From NCBI GenBank assembly GCA_038320275.1, contig JBBQEB010000112.1, positions 1 through 12,941 on the forward strand: DNA of 12,941 nt, read 5' to 3'. A model generated the notes under the pieces. It did not search any database. It was not told the origin of the DNA and worked only from the letters and a program-made list of their open reading frames with translations. Every line of letters begins with the position of its first letter. The stretch's first letter is position 1. The position numbers were made by a program, and so were the translations under genes. This document shows positions 1-11,087 of the stretch, in pieces. Source of the DNA: Myxococcales bacterium (lineage in GTDB: Bacteria > Myxococcota > Myxococcia > Myxococcales > Anaeromyxobacteraceae).

Positions 1-2
1 TC

Positions 3-611
3 ACCCACGGCATGACCTATGGCCGCGGACGATGGGCGCCGTTCCGCGAGCGCCCCACCGATCGCGGCGCCGACGCGCGCAGGTTCCGCGACCAGAGCTT
101 CCGCCTGGCCGGGGACCTCGCGGAGCTGTACGGCCCTGCCCTGGCGCTCTCCCCGGCGGGCTCGCGGACGGTGCTGGGCCGGCCGGCGACGCGCTACGCT
201 CTCTCGCTGTCGGGCAGGGCACCGACGCCACGGCCCCCGCCGGCGGCCGTACCCGGGGGAAAGTACGACCGGGACACGCAGGGCCGGATCGAGCTCCTGG
301 AGGGGCGGCTTCCCACCTCGCTCGAGGGGGAGCTCGTGGTGGACGCGAGGACCGGCGTGCCGCTCTCGGTCACCCTGCGCGGCGAGCTGACCGAGAAGGA
401 CGATCCCGCGCTGCGCTGCGAGGTGGAGCTCTCCAGCCGCATGACGGCCCTCGGTGAGGCGGTCCCGGCGGTGAGCGCGCCCCCCGCGGCCCTCCCGGAC
501 GAGCGGAAGCCCAAGGGGGTGGCCCGGGCGCTGGAAGCCTCCGGATTGCGCAAGCGCTCGGCGCCGCCTGGCGAGGACGAGGCGCCGGGGGCAGCTGCCG
601 ACGCGGAGTGA
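3..611 (+). CDS. Hypothetical protein, 5'-truncated by the window (C-terminal part, beta-rich, possibly a LolA/LppX-like myxobacterial lipoprotein)
   Basis: Frame is open from position 3 (THGMTYG...) to TGA at 609-611 with GC3-rich codons. Alternating beta-strand segments (LEGELVVDARTGVPLSVTLRGEL). The fold assignment is only a guess. Confidence 0.7.
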   Translation, partial: THGMTYGRGRWAPFRERPTDRGADARRFRDQSFRLAGDLAELYGPALALSPAGSRTVLGRPATRYALSLSGRAPTPRPPPAAVPGGKYDRDTQGRIELLEGRLPTSLEGELVVDARTGVPLSVTLRGELTEKDDPALRCEVELSSRMTALGEAVPAVSAPPAALPDERKPKGVARALEASGLRKRSAPPGEDEAPGAAADAE

Positions 612-736
612 AGCGGCCGACGCTGGCATCCCACCCGGGGCGGGCCGGACGCGCGGTCCAGGCGCACGCTCCACCTGCGCCCAGCAATTCGGCCCGGCCG
701 ACGCTACCTTCTCGACAATCCTAAGGAGGATTCGAC

Positions 737-1432
737 ATGCACAGGAAGATGACGGGAGTTCTCGGGGCGGCGTTCTTGGCGACGGCGTGCGCCCACGGCG
801 GCGTGCAGGGCGGCAAGACGGGGGGGGAGACGGTCTCCGACGCCGATTTCGGGCGGTTGCAGGCGGGGCAGACCGGGCCGGTGGACGAGGCGCGGCAGTT
901 CCTCGCCTCCGCGCGCGACGAGTCCGCGCGAGCGAAGCTGCGGCTCCAGCAGATGCAGCAGGAGGACGATCTCGCCAAGGCCGACCAGCAGGTCGCCGAC
1001 GCGGACGCGAAGCGCGCGGAGGCTCAGGTCCGGCTCGCCAACGAGAACCGTGAGCCGGCTGCGCTCGAGAGCGCTCGCAAGATGACGGAGTCGGCCAAGA
1101 TCCGGCACCAGGCCGCCGACGCACGCCTCGACTACGCCAACCAGCTGGCCGCCGCGCGGCAGGCGTCGGTGAAGGCCGCCGAGAGGCAGGTCGCGCTGGG
1201 CGAGGCGCGCGTCGAGTGGGCGAAGCTCCAGGCGCTCCAGCAGGCTGGCGTCCCGGCCGCCACCAAGTACGACGCCGGCGGCTTCCAGACGCGGCTCAAC
1301 GACGCGCAGAAGGACTTCGACACCTCGATGCAGAAGGCGCGCGAGCTCGAGACGCAGTCCACTGCAGCCCAGCAGCGCTGGCAGGACCTGCAGCGCCAGG
1401 TCCAGTCGCCCAGCGCGGCCTCGACGGGGTAG
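737..1432 (+). CDS. Coiled-coil lipoprotein (231 aa)
   Basis: SD AAGGAGG at 723-729. N-terminus MHRKMTGVLGAAFLATAC has a basic tip, hydrophobic core and lipobox-like LATAC. The remainder is A/Q/E/K/R-rich and helical. Confidence 0.85.
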   Translation: MHRKMTGVLGAAFLATACAHGGVQGGKTGGETVSDADFGRLQAGQTGPVDEARQFLASARDESARAKLRLQQMQQEDDLAKADQQVADADAKRAEAQVRLANENREPAALESARKMTESAKIRHQAADARLDYANQLAAARQASVKAAERQVALGEARVEWAKLQALQQAGVPAATKYDAGGFQTRLNDAQKDFDTSMQKARELETQSTAAQQRWQDLQRQVQSPSAASTG

Positions 1433-1441
1433 CGTGCGAAA

Positions 1442-1479
1442 TCCTGGCGAGTCGAGTCGATCGACTCGACTCGCCAGGA
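1442..1479. repeat. Perfect 38-bp palindrome between convergent genes (possible bidirectional terminator or REP-like element)
   Basis: TCCTGGCGAGTCGAGTCGA|TCGACTCGACTCGCCAGGA: two 19-nt arms that are exact reverse complements with no spacer. Confidence 0.9.
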
Positions 1480-1515
1480 GGGGTCTCAGCAAAGCTGGGG
1501 AGGGCGCAGTCCTCG

Positions 1516-1953
1516 TTATCGATAGCGGGCCCACTCCACCTTGAGGCAGTGGTCCTGGACCACCTGGATCCCCGCTTCGGCCAGCACCTTGGCTGCCTCG
1601 TCGTTGCGGATGCCAAGCTGGAACCACACCGCGCGCGGCTTCAGCGCCTTGATGTCGTCGAGGTGCTGGGGGATGTCGGTGGGGCGCCGGAAGACGTCCA
1701 CGATGTCGACGGGTCCTGGGACGTCGGCGAGCTTGCGATACACCTTCTGCCCCAGGATCTCCTGCACGTCCGGGTAGAAGATCGGCACGGGGATGATCTC
1801 CGCCCCGTGCTCCTGGAGGGTGGCGGGGACGTAGTACGCCGCCTGGTCCGCCTGTTTTTCCGTCTTGATGCCCAGGACGGCGATGCGCTTCGCCGAGCGG
1901 ACGAGCTCGCCAATGAGCCCCTCGTCGGTGATGAGGTTCTGGCTCCAGTTCAT
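1516..1953 (-). CDS. CoA-binding protein (YccU-like, CoA_binding_2 family)
   Basis: Motifs KRIAVLG, EILGQKVYRKLADVPGPVDIVDVFRR, AVWFQLGIRNDEAA and GIQVVQDHCLKVE. SD GGGAGG at 1958-1963 on the minus strand. Confidence 0.93.
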   Translation of the reverse strand: MNWSQNLITDEGLIGELVRSAKRIAVLGIKTEKQADQAAYYVPATLQEHGAEIIPVPIFYPDVQEILGQKVYRKLADVPGPVDIVDVFRRPTDIPQHLDDIKALKPRAVWFQLGIRNDEAAKVLAEAGIQVVQDHCLKVEWARYR

Positions 1954-2132
1954 GCGACCTCCCTGGCGGTCGTGTAGGAAGATGTCGTTCTTTTCGCTCG
2001 CCCGGTCGCTCCCCCGAGCGGGGCAGGATCGATATCGAAACCGGCGTTTTGTGGACGGGATCTCCTCTTGACCTAGGATGTCTCAGGACGTCCGCGCAAG
2101 CGGGATGCGCGGCCTTTTCCAAGAGGGCGACC

Positions 2133-2450
2133 ATGCACGGCTACAAGACGACCGGGACGGCGGTGGTGACGGAGAGCGAGGCGCATGCCCAGCTTCGTCG
2201 CGGCCCGGCGCGTGAGCTCGCCGCGGACGAGGAGAAGGTGATGCGCATGCGCCTCGGCGCGCCGCTCCCTCTCTCCGCGCGCCTGGAGCGCATCGCCACC
2301 GCGAGCGACGCCGAGATCGAGGTCATGGCGTACGAGATCGAGGCCTACCTTCACCTGAAGACGAACCCGCGCCCCCGGCCGGTGGCGCTCGCGCCGACGA
2401 CGTCGCGCACGAAGGAGAAGATCCTCCGGGCGCTGCGGAAGAAGGGATAG
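2133..2450 (+). CDS. Small hypothetical protein (105 aa) with a sigma70 region-4-like segment and a basic C-terminus
   Basis: ATG at 2133 is preceded by AAGAGGG (2121-2127); the upstream GTG at 2049 is less likely. LAADEEKVMRMRLG resembles RpoD [14 protein letters not shown]. Ends KEKILRALRKKG. Confidence 0.8.
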   Translation: MHGYKTTGTAVVTESEAHAQLRRGPARELAADEEKVMRMRLGAPLPLSARLERIATASDAEIEVMAYEIEAYLHLKTNPRPRPVALAPTTSRTKEKILRALRKKG

Positions 2451-2586
2451 CCAGAGCAGGCTGGGGCTCGCCCTCTGATAGCGACCACGCACCCGCCTTC
2501 GCGAGGGTGAGAGGCGGACGGGGCAACCCCCCGTGGCGTCGCCGTGACCCGTGGACGGGAAGCGCCGAAGCAGATGGCGCTCCACC

Positions 2587-3939
2587 TCACTGCATCCGTC
2601 GCACGAGCCCTTTCGCACCTTCTGCGAGCCCAGGTTCCTCGCCGATCCAGCTCCCACCGGCGAGGATCTCCGCGAGCCCCTCCGAGGCGCGCGGGTTCCT
2701 CCACCAGTCCTCGTCGAACCGCTCCACCAGCGAGCGCAGGAGCACTTCCGCGCGCGCCGCCCCGGCGAGCGCCGCCGCGTGGGCCGCGCCGTCCGCGTCG
2801 CGCGCGGCGAGCCCTGGCGGCCACGTGGCCAGCGCCGCCAGCGAGAGCGCCTCGCGGTGCGCCTCGTGCCACGCGTGCCCGGAGAGACCGCGCTCCACCT
2901 CCGTCGCAACCCGCAGCGCCGCCGCGTGCGCGCGCAGCGCGAAGAGCTCCCGCAAGGCGAGCGCACGGACGAGGTCTCCGGCGTGCTTCTTCTCGACCTC
3001 GAGTCGCGCGGCCAGCCAGCCGCGGTCGAGGAGCAGCCGCCGCAGGAGCGCGCCCATGGACGCGACCGCCGCGTCGTCGCGCCGGTGAGCCGGCACCGCG
3101 GCCCGCTGAAGAGCCTGGCCGGCGGCGTCGAGGAGGCCGGCGTGGTCGGCGACGCCTCCCTGGCGCCGGAAGGAGACCCGCGCTCCCACCGCGTGCGCAC
3201 CGGGCCACTGCGCCGGGCGCGTTCCCTCGTCCACCCGCACGCTCTCGGCCGGGAGGCGGAGCTCGCGGAGCGTCCGCTCGAACAGGTGGGCCAGCCCTCC
3301 GCGCGGAAAGAGCCCGTCCCAGCCGTGCAGCGCCAGCACGAACAGCAGGTCGGCGCGGGTGAGATCACCCGTCGGCGTCGGGGCGAGCTGGGCCTCTCGC
3401 CGTGCGAGCCAGAGGAGGACGTCGCGGTAGGCCTCATCGGTCGTCGCGAGGAGCCCGTCCGCCGAGACCACCCGCTCCCAGTCCTGCAAGAGCCCCACCT
3501 CGGCCGCCGCCCGCGCCCGCTTCTCCACGGCCGCTTCGCGCGCCGGCTGCGCGGAGCACTCGGCCGCGGCGCGCCCGAAGGCGAGCCGACGCTCGCGGTT
3601 GCGCTCGTGAACGATGGCGAGCTGCGCCTCCTCGAGGGTGGCGAGCCCCCCCGGACCCGGCGCGGTGGAGGTGCTCTCCGCCGCCCGCCACGCCTCCTCG
3701 TCGGGCGCCGCCACGCGCTCGGCGCGCAGGGCAGCCACCCGCCGCGACAGCTCCCCCTCCCCGGCCGCCGCCAGCGCGTCGGCGGTCTTGCGATGCGCCG
3801 CCCGGCCGTGGGCGTCGAAGATGCGCTCGAGGTCTGGCGCGGGCTCCAGCCCCGCCACATGGCGGAAGCGCTCGGCCTCCAGCGCGCCCACGAGCGCGTC
3901 CACCTCCGCGCGGAGAGCTTCGACCTCATCGGCGTTCAT
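2587..3939 (-). CDS. Peptidase M3 / oligoendopeptidase-like protein, apparently catalytically inactive
   Basis: Ala-rich helical protein with C-terminal LVERFDEDWWRNPRA, which I recall from myxobacterial M3-like proteins. The expected HExGH position reads DAAGQ. GAGG spacing favours the ATG at 3939 over the one at 3945. Confidence 0.7.
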   Translation of the reverse strand: MNADEVEALRAEVDALVGALEAERFRHVAGLEPAPDLERIFDAHGRAAHRKTADALAAAGEGELSRRVAALRAERVAAPDEEAWRAAESTSTAPGPGGLATLEEAQLAIVHERNRERRLAFGRAAAECSAQPAREAAVEKRARAAAEVGLLQDWERVVSADGLLATTDEAYRDVLLWLARREAQLAPTPTGDLTRADLLFVLALHGWDGLFPRGGLAHLFERTLRELRLPAESVRVDEGTRPAQWPGAHAVGARVSFRRQGGVADHAGLLDAAGQALQRAAVPAHRRDDAAVASMGALLRRLLLDRGWLAARLEVEKKHAGDLVRALALRELFALRAHAAALRVATEVERGLSGHAWHEAHREALSLAALATWPPGLAARDADGAAHAAALAGAARAEVLLRSLVERFDEDWWRNPRASEGLAEILAGGSWIGEEPGLAEGAKGLVRRMQ

Positions 3940-4030
3940 GGACATCCTCAGGCGTGGGGGACGGGTTGCGCGGGGCCAGGCTCGATTTCACCCTGTGTAC
4001 GGGCACCTGGCAGTCGCGCCGCCCGGCTGC

Positions 4031-4058
4031 TTGACAGCCCTGGGCATGAGCTTAACTT
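4031..4058 (+). promoter_or_regulatory. Putative sigma70 promoter for the FmdB-RluA(-OPT) genes
   Basis: Perfect TTGACA (4031-4036), 16-bp spacer, TAACTT (4053-4058), then SD GGAG (4066-4069) and ATG at 4079. Lies in a divergent intergenic region. Confidence 0.65.
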
Positions 4059-4078
4059 GCGGGGCGGAGAGCTCAACG

Positions 4079-4315
4079 ATGCCGATCTACGAGTACGACT
4101 GCCCGAGCTGTGGGGGCTTCGAGGTGCTGCAGCGCATGTCCGACCCCCCGCTGGTCGACCACGCCTGTGGCAGCCGGGTGAAGAAGCTGATGAGCGCCGG
4201 CGCCTTCGCGATCAGGGGCTCCGACTTTCACGCCACCGGCACCAACGCCCCGCCGGCGTGCGAGGCCCCCAAGGGCGAAGGCTGCGGAAGCTGCCCGTCC
4301 AACCGGGCGGCGTGA
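4079..4315 (+). CDS. FmdB-family zinc-ribbon regulatory protein (78 aa)
   Basis: MPIYEYDCPSCGGFEVLQRMSDPPL...VKKLMSAGAFAIRGSDFH is the classic FmdB pattern. The true start is 4079, not the ORF-track start at 3614. Confidence 0.9.
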   Translation: MPIYEYDCPSCGGFEVLQRMSDPPLVDHACGSRVKKLMSAGAFAIRGSDFHATGTNAPPACEAPKGEGCGSCPSNRAA

Positions 4316-4343
4316 ACCCTCCCGTCGCCCCGCCTCCCACGCG

Positions 4344-5255
4344 ATGCGCCGGCTGAGCCTGCGCGTCGGGCCGGGCGATGCCGGCGAGCGCCTCGACCGT
4401 TACATCGCGGCCCGCGGTGGCATCTCGCGGGGGCTTGCCCGTCGGGCGCTGGACAGAGGCGGGGTCTTCCTCGATGGCCGCCGCTGCAAGGTGTCGAGCC
4501 GCATCCTGCGCCCGGGCCAGGCGGTGGTGGTGAACCTGGAGGAGTCCGGGCAACCGGAGCGCCCGGCAGAGCCCCTCCCCCGCTCGCGCCTCCTCTACGC
4601 CGACGAGGCGCTGGTGGCGGTGGACAAGCCGCCCTTCGTGCCCGCGCAGCCCACGCTCACGAGCGACCGCGGGGCGCTCCCCGAGCTGGTCGGCGCGCTG
4701 CTGGGCTCGACGGTCCTGCTCGTGCACAGGCTCGACCGGGAGACCTCCGGGGTGACGGTGCTCGCGCGCACGCCGGAGGCCGCCGCGGCTCTCTCCGCGG
4801 CCTTCCGGGACGGCGCCGTGGAGAAGAGCTACCTCGCGCTGTGCGCGCGTGCGCCCTCGCCGCCGGAAGGGCGCCTCGACGCGCCGCTCGGGAAGGACCC
4901 CGCTCGCCCCGGCAGGCGTGCGGTGCTTCCGGGCGGAGAGGCCGCCGCGACGCGCTACCAGACCCTGCGCAGCGGGCCCTCGGGCACGGCGCTCGTCGTC
5001 TGCTGGCCGGAGACGGGCCGCACCCATCAGCTCCGCGCGCACCTCGCGCATCTGGGCGCGCCGCTCCTCGGCGACCCGCGCTACGGGGGGCCGCGCCGCG
5101 TGCTCGAGACGAGCGCGGGCCGGGTGATGCTCCACGCCCGGAGCCTCGCCCTGGCGCACCCGTCCAGCGGCGCGCGGCTCGCACTGGAGGCGCCCGTTCC
5201 AGGCGACTTCCTGGAGGTGGAGCGGGCGCTCGTGCCGGAGCCGCCCACGCACTGA
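4344..5255 (+). CDS. RluA-family (RluC/RluD-like) RNA pseudouridine synthase with N-terminal S4 domain
   Basis: GERLDRYIA...ISR (S4 domain), VDKP, catalytic HRLDRETSG, PETGRTHQLRAH, LLGDPRYGG, MLHARSL. Confidence 0.95.
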   Translation: MRRLSLRVGPGDAGERLDRYIAARGGISRGLARRALDRGGVFLDGRRCKVSSRILRPGQAVVVNLEESGQPERPAEPLPRSRLLYADEALVAVDKPPFVPAQPTLTSDRGALPELVGALLGSTVLLVHRLDRETSGVTVLARTPEAAAALSAAFRDGAVEKSYLALCARAPSPPEGRLDAPLGKDPARPGRRAVLPGGEAAATRYQTLRSGPSGTALVVCWPETGRTHQLRAHLAHLGAPLLGDPRYGGPRRVLETSAGRVMLHARSLALAHPSSGARLALEAPVPGDFLEVERALVPEPPTH

Positions 5256-5346
5256 GGGGCGACCCCGCGCCCGCCGCCGCGACGTCGACGGCGGGCCGGA
5301 AACGTGGTCTTCTCCCGCGCCACGACGCGGCAGGCGAGGAGACGGC

Positions 5347-7434
5347 ATGGCTTCCAGCGAGCGATCCCAGCAGGGCGCCGTACAGAGCGACGGGCGGGCC
5401 TTCCAGCCCTACGTCGCGCCGGGCGTGAGCATGCCCGAGCTCACGGTGAAGGCGGTGCTCGCGGGCGCGCTCTTCGGCATCCTCTTCGGCGCGGCCACCG
5501 TGTACCTCGCGCTCAAGGCCGGCCTCACCGTCTCCGCCTCCATCCCGGTCGCCGTCATCGCCATCTCGCTGGGCCGCAAGCTCCTCGGGACGACCATCCT
5601 CGAGAACAACATCATCCAGACGGCGGGCTCGGCCGGCGAGTCGATCGCGGCCGGCGTCGTCTTCACCCTGCCCGGCTTCCTCTTCCTGTCGACCGATCCC
5701 GCGACGGGGACCTCCATCGGCGCCGGGTACTTCAACTACTTCACGCTCTTCTCGCTGGCGCTGGTGGGCGGGCTCCTGGGCGTCCTCATGATGATCCCGC
5801 TCCGCCGTTCGCTCATCGTGAAGGAGCACGGGAACCTGGCCTATCCCGAGGGCGCCGCTTGCGCGTCGGTGCTCATCGCCGGCGACAAGGGGGGGGACTT
5901 CGCCAAGACCGCCTTCCACGGGGTCGCCTACGCGCTCGGGTACGCCGTCTTGCAGAAGGTCTTTCACGTCATCGCCGCCACGCCCGCCTGGGTGACCAAG
6001 CAGACCAACAGGTGGCTCCCCAACGCCACCGTGAACGGCGAGATCACGCCCGAGTACCTGGGCGTGGGCTACATCATCGGGCCGAAGATCGGCGGCGTGC
6101 TGGTGGCGGGGGGCGTGCTCGCCTGGCTGGGATTGATCCCACTCCTCGGCGTGCTCGTGCCCGGCGACACCATCGCGGCCCAGCTCCCCAAGGTGGGATC
6201 GAGCCCGGGCGCCTTCGGCTGGGACGCGGCGACGCACACCTTCGCCGACCTGCCCAACGCGGTCTATCGCGCCTACATCCGGCAGATCGGCGCAGGCGCG
6301 GTGGCGGCGGGCGGCTTCATCACGCTCGTGAAGACCTTCCCCACCATCTGGACCTCCTTGCGCGACTCCATCCGCTCCCTGTCCCACAAGGCGGGAGGGG
6401 CGGCCGTCTCCCGCACCGAGCGCGACCTGTCCTTCATGACCGTCATCCTGGGCTGCCTCGCGCTGATGCTGGTGCTGGTGCTCCTGCCCCAGGTGCCCGG
6501 CCGCTCGGTCCTCGACAAGCTCTTCATCGCGGTGCTGGTCATCGTCTTCGGCTTCATCTTCGTCACCGTCTCCTCGCGCATCGTCGGCATCATCGGGTCC
6601 TCCTCCAACCCCATCTCCGGGATGACCATCGCGACGTTGATGGCGACCGCGATGGTCTTCGTGGGGCTCGGCTGGACCGGCCTCGCCTACGAGCCGATGG
6701 CGCTGGTGGTGGGCGGGATGGTCTGCATCGCGGCGGCCAACGCCGGCGCCACCAGCCAGGATCTCAAGACGGGTTACCTCATCGGCGCGACCCCGCGCGC
6801 GCAGCAGATCGCGCTCTTCGTGGGCGCGGTCGCCTCGGCGCTCGTCATCGGCCTCACGGTGAAGGTGCTCGACACGCCCACCCGCGACATGGTGGCGCAA
6901 GGGATCACCCACGCCATCGGTACCAAGGGCTTCCCCGCGCCGCAGGCGACGCTCATGGCGACCCTCATCAAGGGACTGCTCTCCCTCAACCTCGACTGGC
7001 ACTTCGTGCTGGTGGGTGTCTTCCTCGCCGTGACGATGGAGCTGTGCGGCGTGAAGTCGCTCTCGTTCGCGGTGGGGGCTTACCTGCCGCTCTCGACGAC
7101 GCTCCCCATCTTCGCGGGCGGCGCGCTGAAGGGGCTGGTGGACTGGTGGGCCTCGCGGAAAGGCGAGCCGGGCGAGGAAGACGAGCTGGGCGGCGGCAGC
7201 CTCTTCGCCACAGGGCTCGTGGCGGGCGGCGCGCTGACCGGCGTGGTGGTGGCGCTCCTGCAGGTCAACGACAACGTGAACGCGTTCCTGGAGCGGTCGT
7301 TCAACATGGAGCCGCGGCTCGTGGCCGCGCTGGGCGAGGGAGGCTACGCGCTCATGGGCGTCGCCTTCTTCGTGGGGCTCGCGCTCCTGCTCTTCCGCAC
7401 GGCGCGGAAGCCCCGCGCCACCGAGAGCGCCTGA
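5347..7434 (+). CDS. OPT-family oligopeptide transporter (695 aa)
   Basis: YLALKAGLTVSASIP, ILENNIIQTAGSAGES, LAYPEG, SSNPISGMTIATL, SQDLKTGYLIGATP, FPAPQATLMA and many TM segments. SD GAGGAG at 5336-5341. Confidence 0.96.
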   Translation: MASSERSQQGAVQSDGRAFQPYVAPGVSMPELTVKAVLAGALFGILFGAATVYLALKAGLTVSASIPVAVIAISLGRKLLGTTILENNIIQTAGSAGESIAAGVVFTLPGFLFLSTDPATGTSIGAGYFNYFTLFSLALVGGLLGVLMMIPLRRSLIVKEHGNLAYPEGAACASVLIAGDKGGDFAKTAFHGVAYALGYAVLQKVFHVIAATPAWVTKQTNRWLPNATVNGEITPEYLGVGYIIGPKIGGVLVAGGVLAWLGLIPLLGVLVPGDTIAAQLPKVGSSPGAFGWDAATHTFADLPNAVYRAYIRQIGAGAVAAGGFITLVKTFPTIWTSLRDSIRSLSHKAGGAAVSRTERDLSFMTVILGCLALMLVLVLLPQVPGRSVLDKLFIAVLVIVFGFIFVTVSSRIVGIIGSSSNPISGMTIATLMATAMVFVGLGWTGLAYEPMALVVGGMVCIAAANAGATSQDLKTGYLIGATPRAQQIALFVGAVASALVIGLTVKVLDTPTRDMVAQGITHAIGTKGFPAPQATLMATLIKGLLSLNLDWHFVLVGVFLAVTMELCGVKSLSFAVGAYLPLSTTLPIFAGGALKGLVDWWASRKGEPGEEDELGGGSLFATGLVAGGALTGVVVALLQVNDNVNAFLERSFNMEPRLVAALGEGGYALMGVAFFVGLALLLFRTARKPRATESA

Positions 7435-7548
7435 TTCCCGACGGCCCCTCGCGGCAGCCCACTGCGGCGACCTTTCACGCGCGCGGGCGCGAAGGCATAG
7501 GGTCCTCCTCCCGGCTCGCAACGGCTCGGCCCGCGACTTCCTCGACCC

Positions 7549-10227
<2,679 letters not shown>

Positions 10228-10292
10228 GCGCTGGGCCGGAAGCCGCCCGGACACGCGGCGCTGCGCCCACCCGGCTGCGGGGTGACGCGCCG

Positions 10293-10733
10293 TCACGCCG
10301 CCTGGGCGCCGGCGGGAAGGGCGCGGTCGAGGGCTTCGCGCTCGCCAGCGATCTCCTTCTGCGTCCTGAAGCCGAGGCGGCGGAGCACCGCCACCGGCGG
10401 GCACCCGCCGCGGGCCGCGTGCAGGAACAGGAACCCGAGCTGCACCGAGAACAGGGTCAGCCAGGGGTTCCAGGCGCCGCGCTGGCGGCGCATTCGGGAG
10501 GCGCCCAGGGCGAAGACGGTCCCTCCCACCACGGCGAAGTGGGCCATCAGCGCGCGGTCGACGTCCCACTCGCGCTCGAGGTCGGCTCGCCTCCCGAGGA
10601 GCGCGTACCGGCCTCCCCGCTCCACCTCGCGCAGGCACGCCTCGGTACGGGCGTCGATGCGGGCGTTCACATGGGGCGGGGTGCGGTCGCGCACGCGGTC
10701 GCCGCGCGGCTGGGAAGGAAGGGGGAGATCCAT
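10293..10733 (-). CDS. DUF2892/YgaP-like small membrane protein (146 aa)
   Basis: SD AGGAGG (10744-10749, minus strand) before ATG at 10733. Motifs LEREWDVDRAL, two hydrophobic segments and GGCPPVAVLRRLGFRTQKEI. Confidence 0.8.
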   Translation of the reverse strand: MDLPLPSQPRGDRVRDRTPPHVNARIDARTEACLREVERGGRYALLGRRADLEREWDVDRALMAHFAVVGGTVFALGASRMRRQRGAWNPWLTLFSVQLGFLFLHAARGGCPPVAVLRRLGFRTQKEIAGEREALDRALPAGAQAA

Positions 10734-11087
10734 GTCGGGCGAGCCTCCTGTGGGGAGAATGCCTTTGCTCCGTTCGGCGGCGCGGCGCAGCCGAATCTTC
10801 ATCCGCCGCGTCGTGGGGTTTAGGCACCTCGAAGAAGCGGCGGTGCGGCGCTGGAAGGGTGGGGACCCGTGAGCGGCTCGGACGACGCCCTGGCTCCTGG
10901 TGACTGATGTCGGGTCGGTCCGATTGCGGTGGCGATCTCGAGCAACTCCTCGAGTCCCCAATGAACCGGCCGCGCTCGCGGTGCGGCTTTCCTGGCGCCT
11001 CCCAATCGTGGACACGCCCAGTCTGCTTACACCACTGGTGTACGACCACCGTGTGACGCTCGGTCATGGTTTGGTGCGCAATACGCG

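Noticed and set aside
1442..1479. CRISPR repeat or transposon end
   Set aside because: Single copy in the window, with no spacers, cas genes or transposase.
2451..2586. Possible ncRNA in the convergent intergenic gap (CCGCCT...AGGCGG and CAGAG...CTCTG stems)
   Set aside because: Short stems are expected at this GC content, and there are no tRNA, SRP, 6S or tmRNA signatures. At most a terminator.
5269..5296. GC hairpin GCCCGCCG...CGGCGGGC between the RluA-family and OPT genes
   Set aside because: No U-tract and an all-GC stem, so it cannot be called a terminator with confidence.
10740..10850. Possible c-di-GMP-I riboswitch on the minus strand (GCCTAAACC, GCAAAG and a hairpin at 10773-10795)
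   Set aside because: The motifs are in the wrong order and the GNRA-capped P2 stem is absent. Only a short generic hairpin is supported.
10228..11067. 280-aa N-terminal extension of the M1 aminopeptidase ORF
   Set aside because: Low-complexity Arg/Pro sequence overlapping the DUF2892-like gene. The signal peptide and lipobox begin at 10227.
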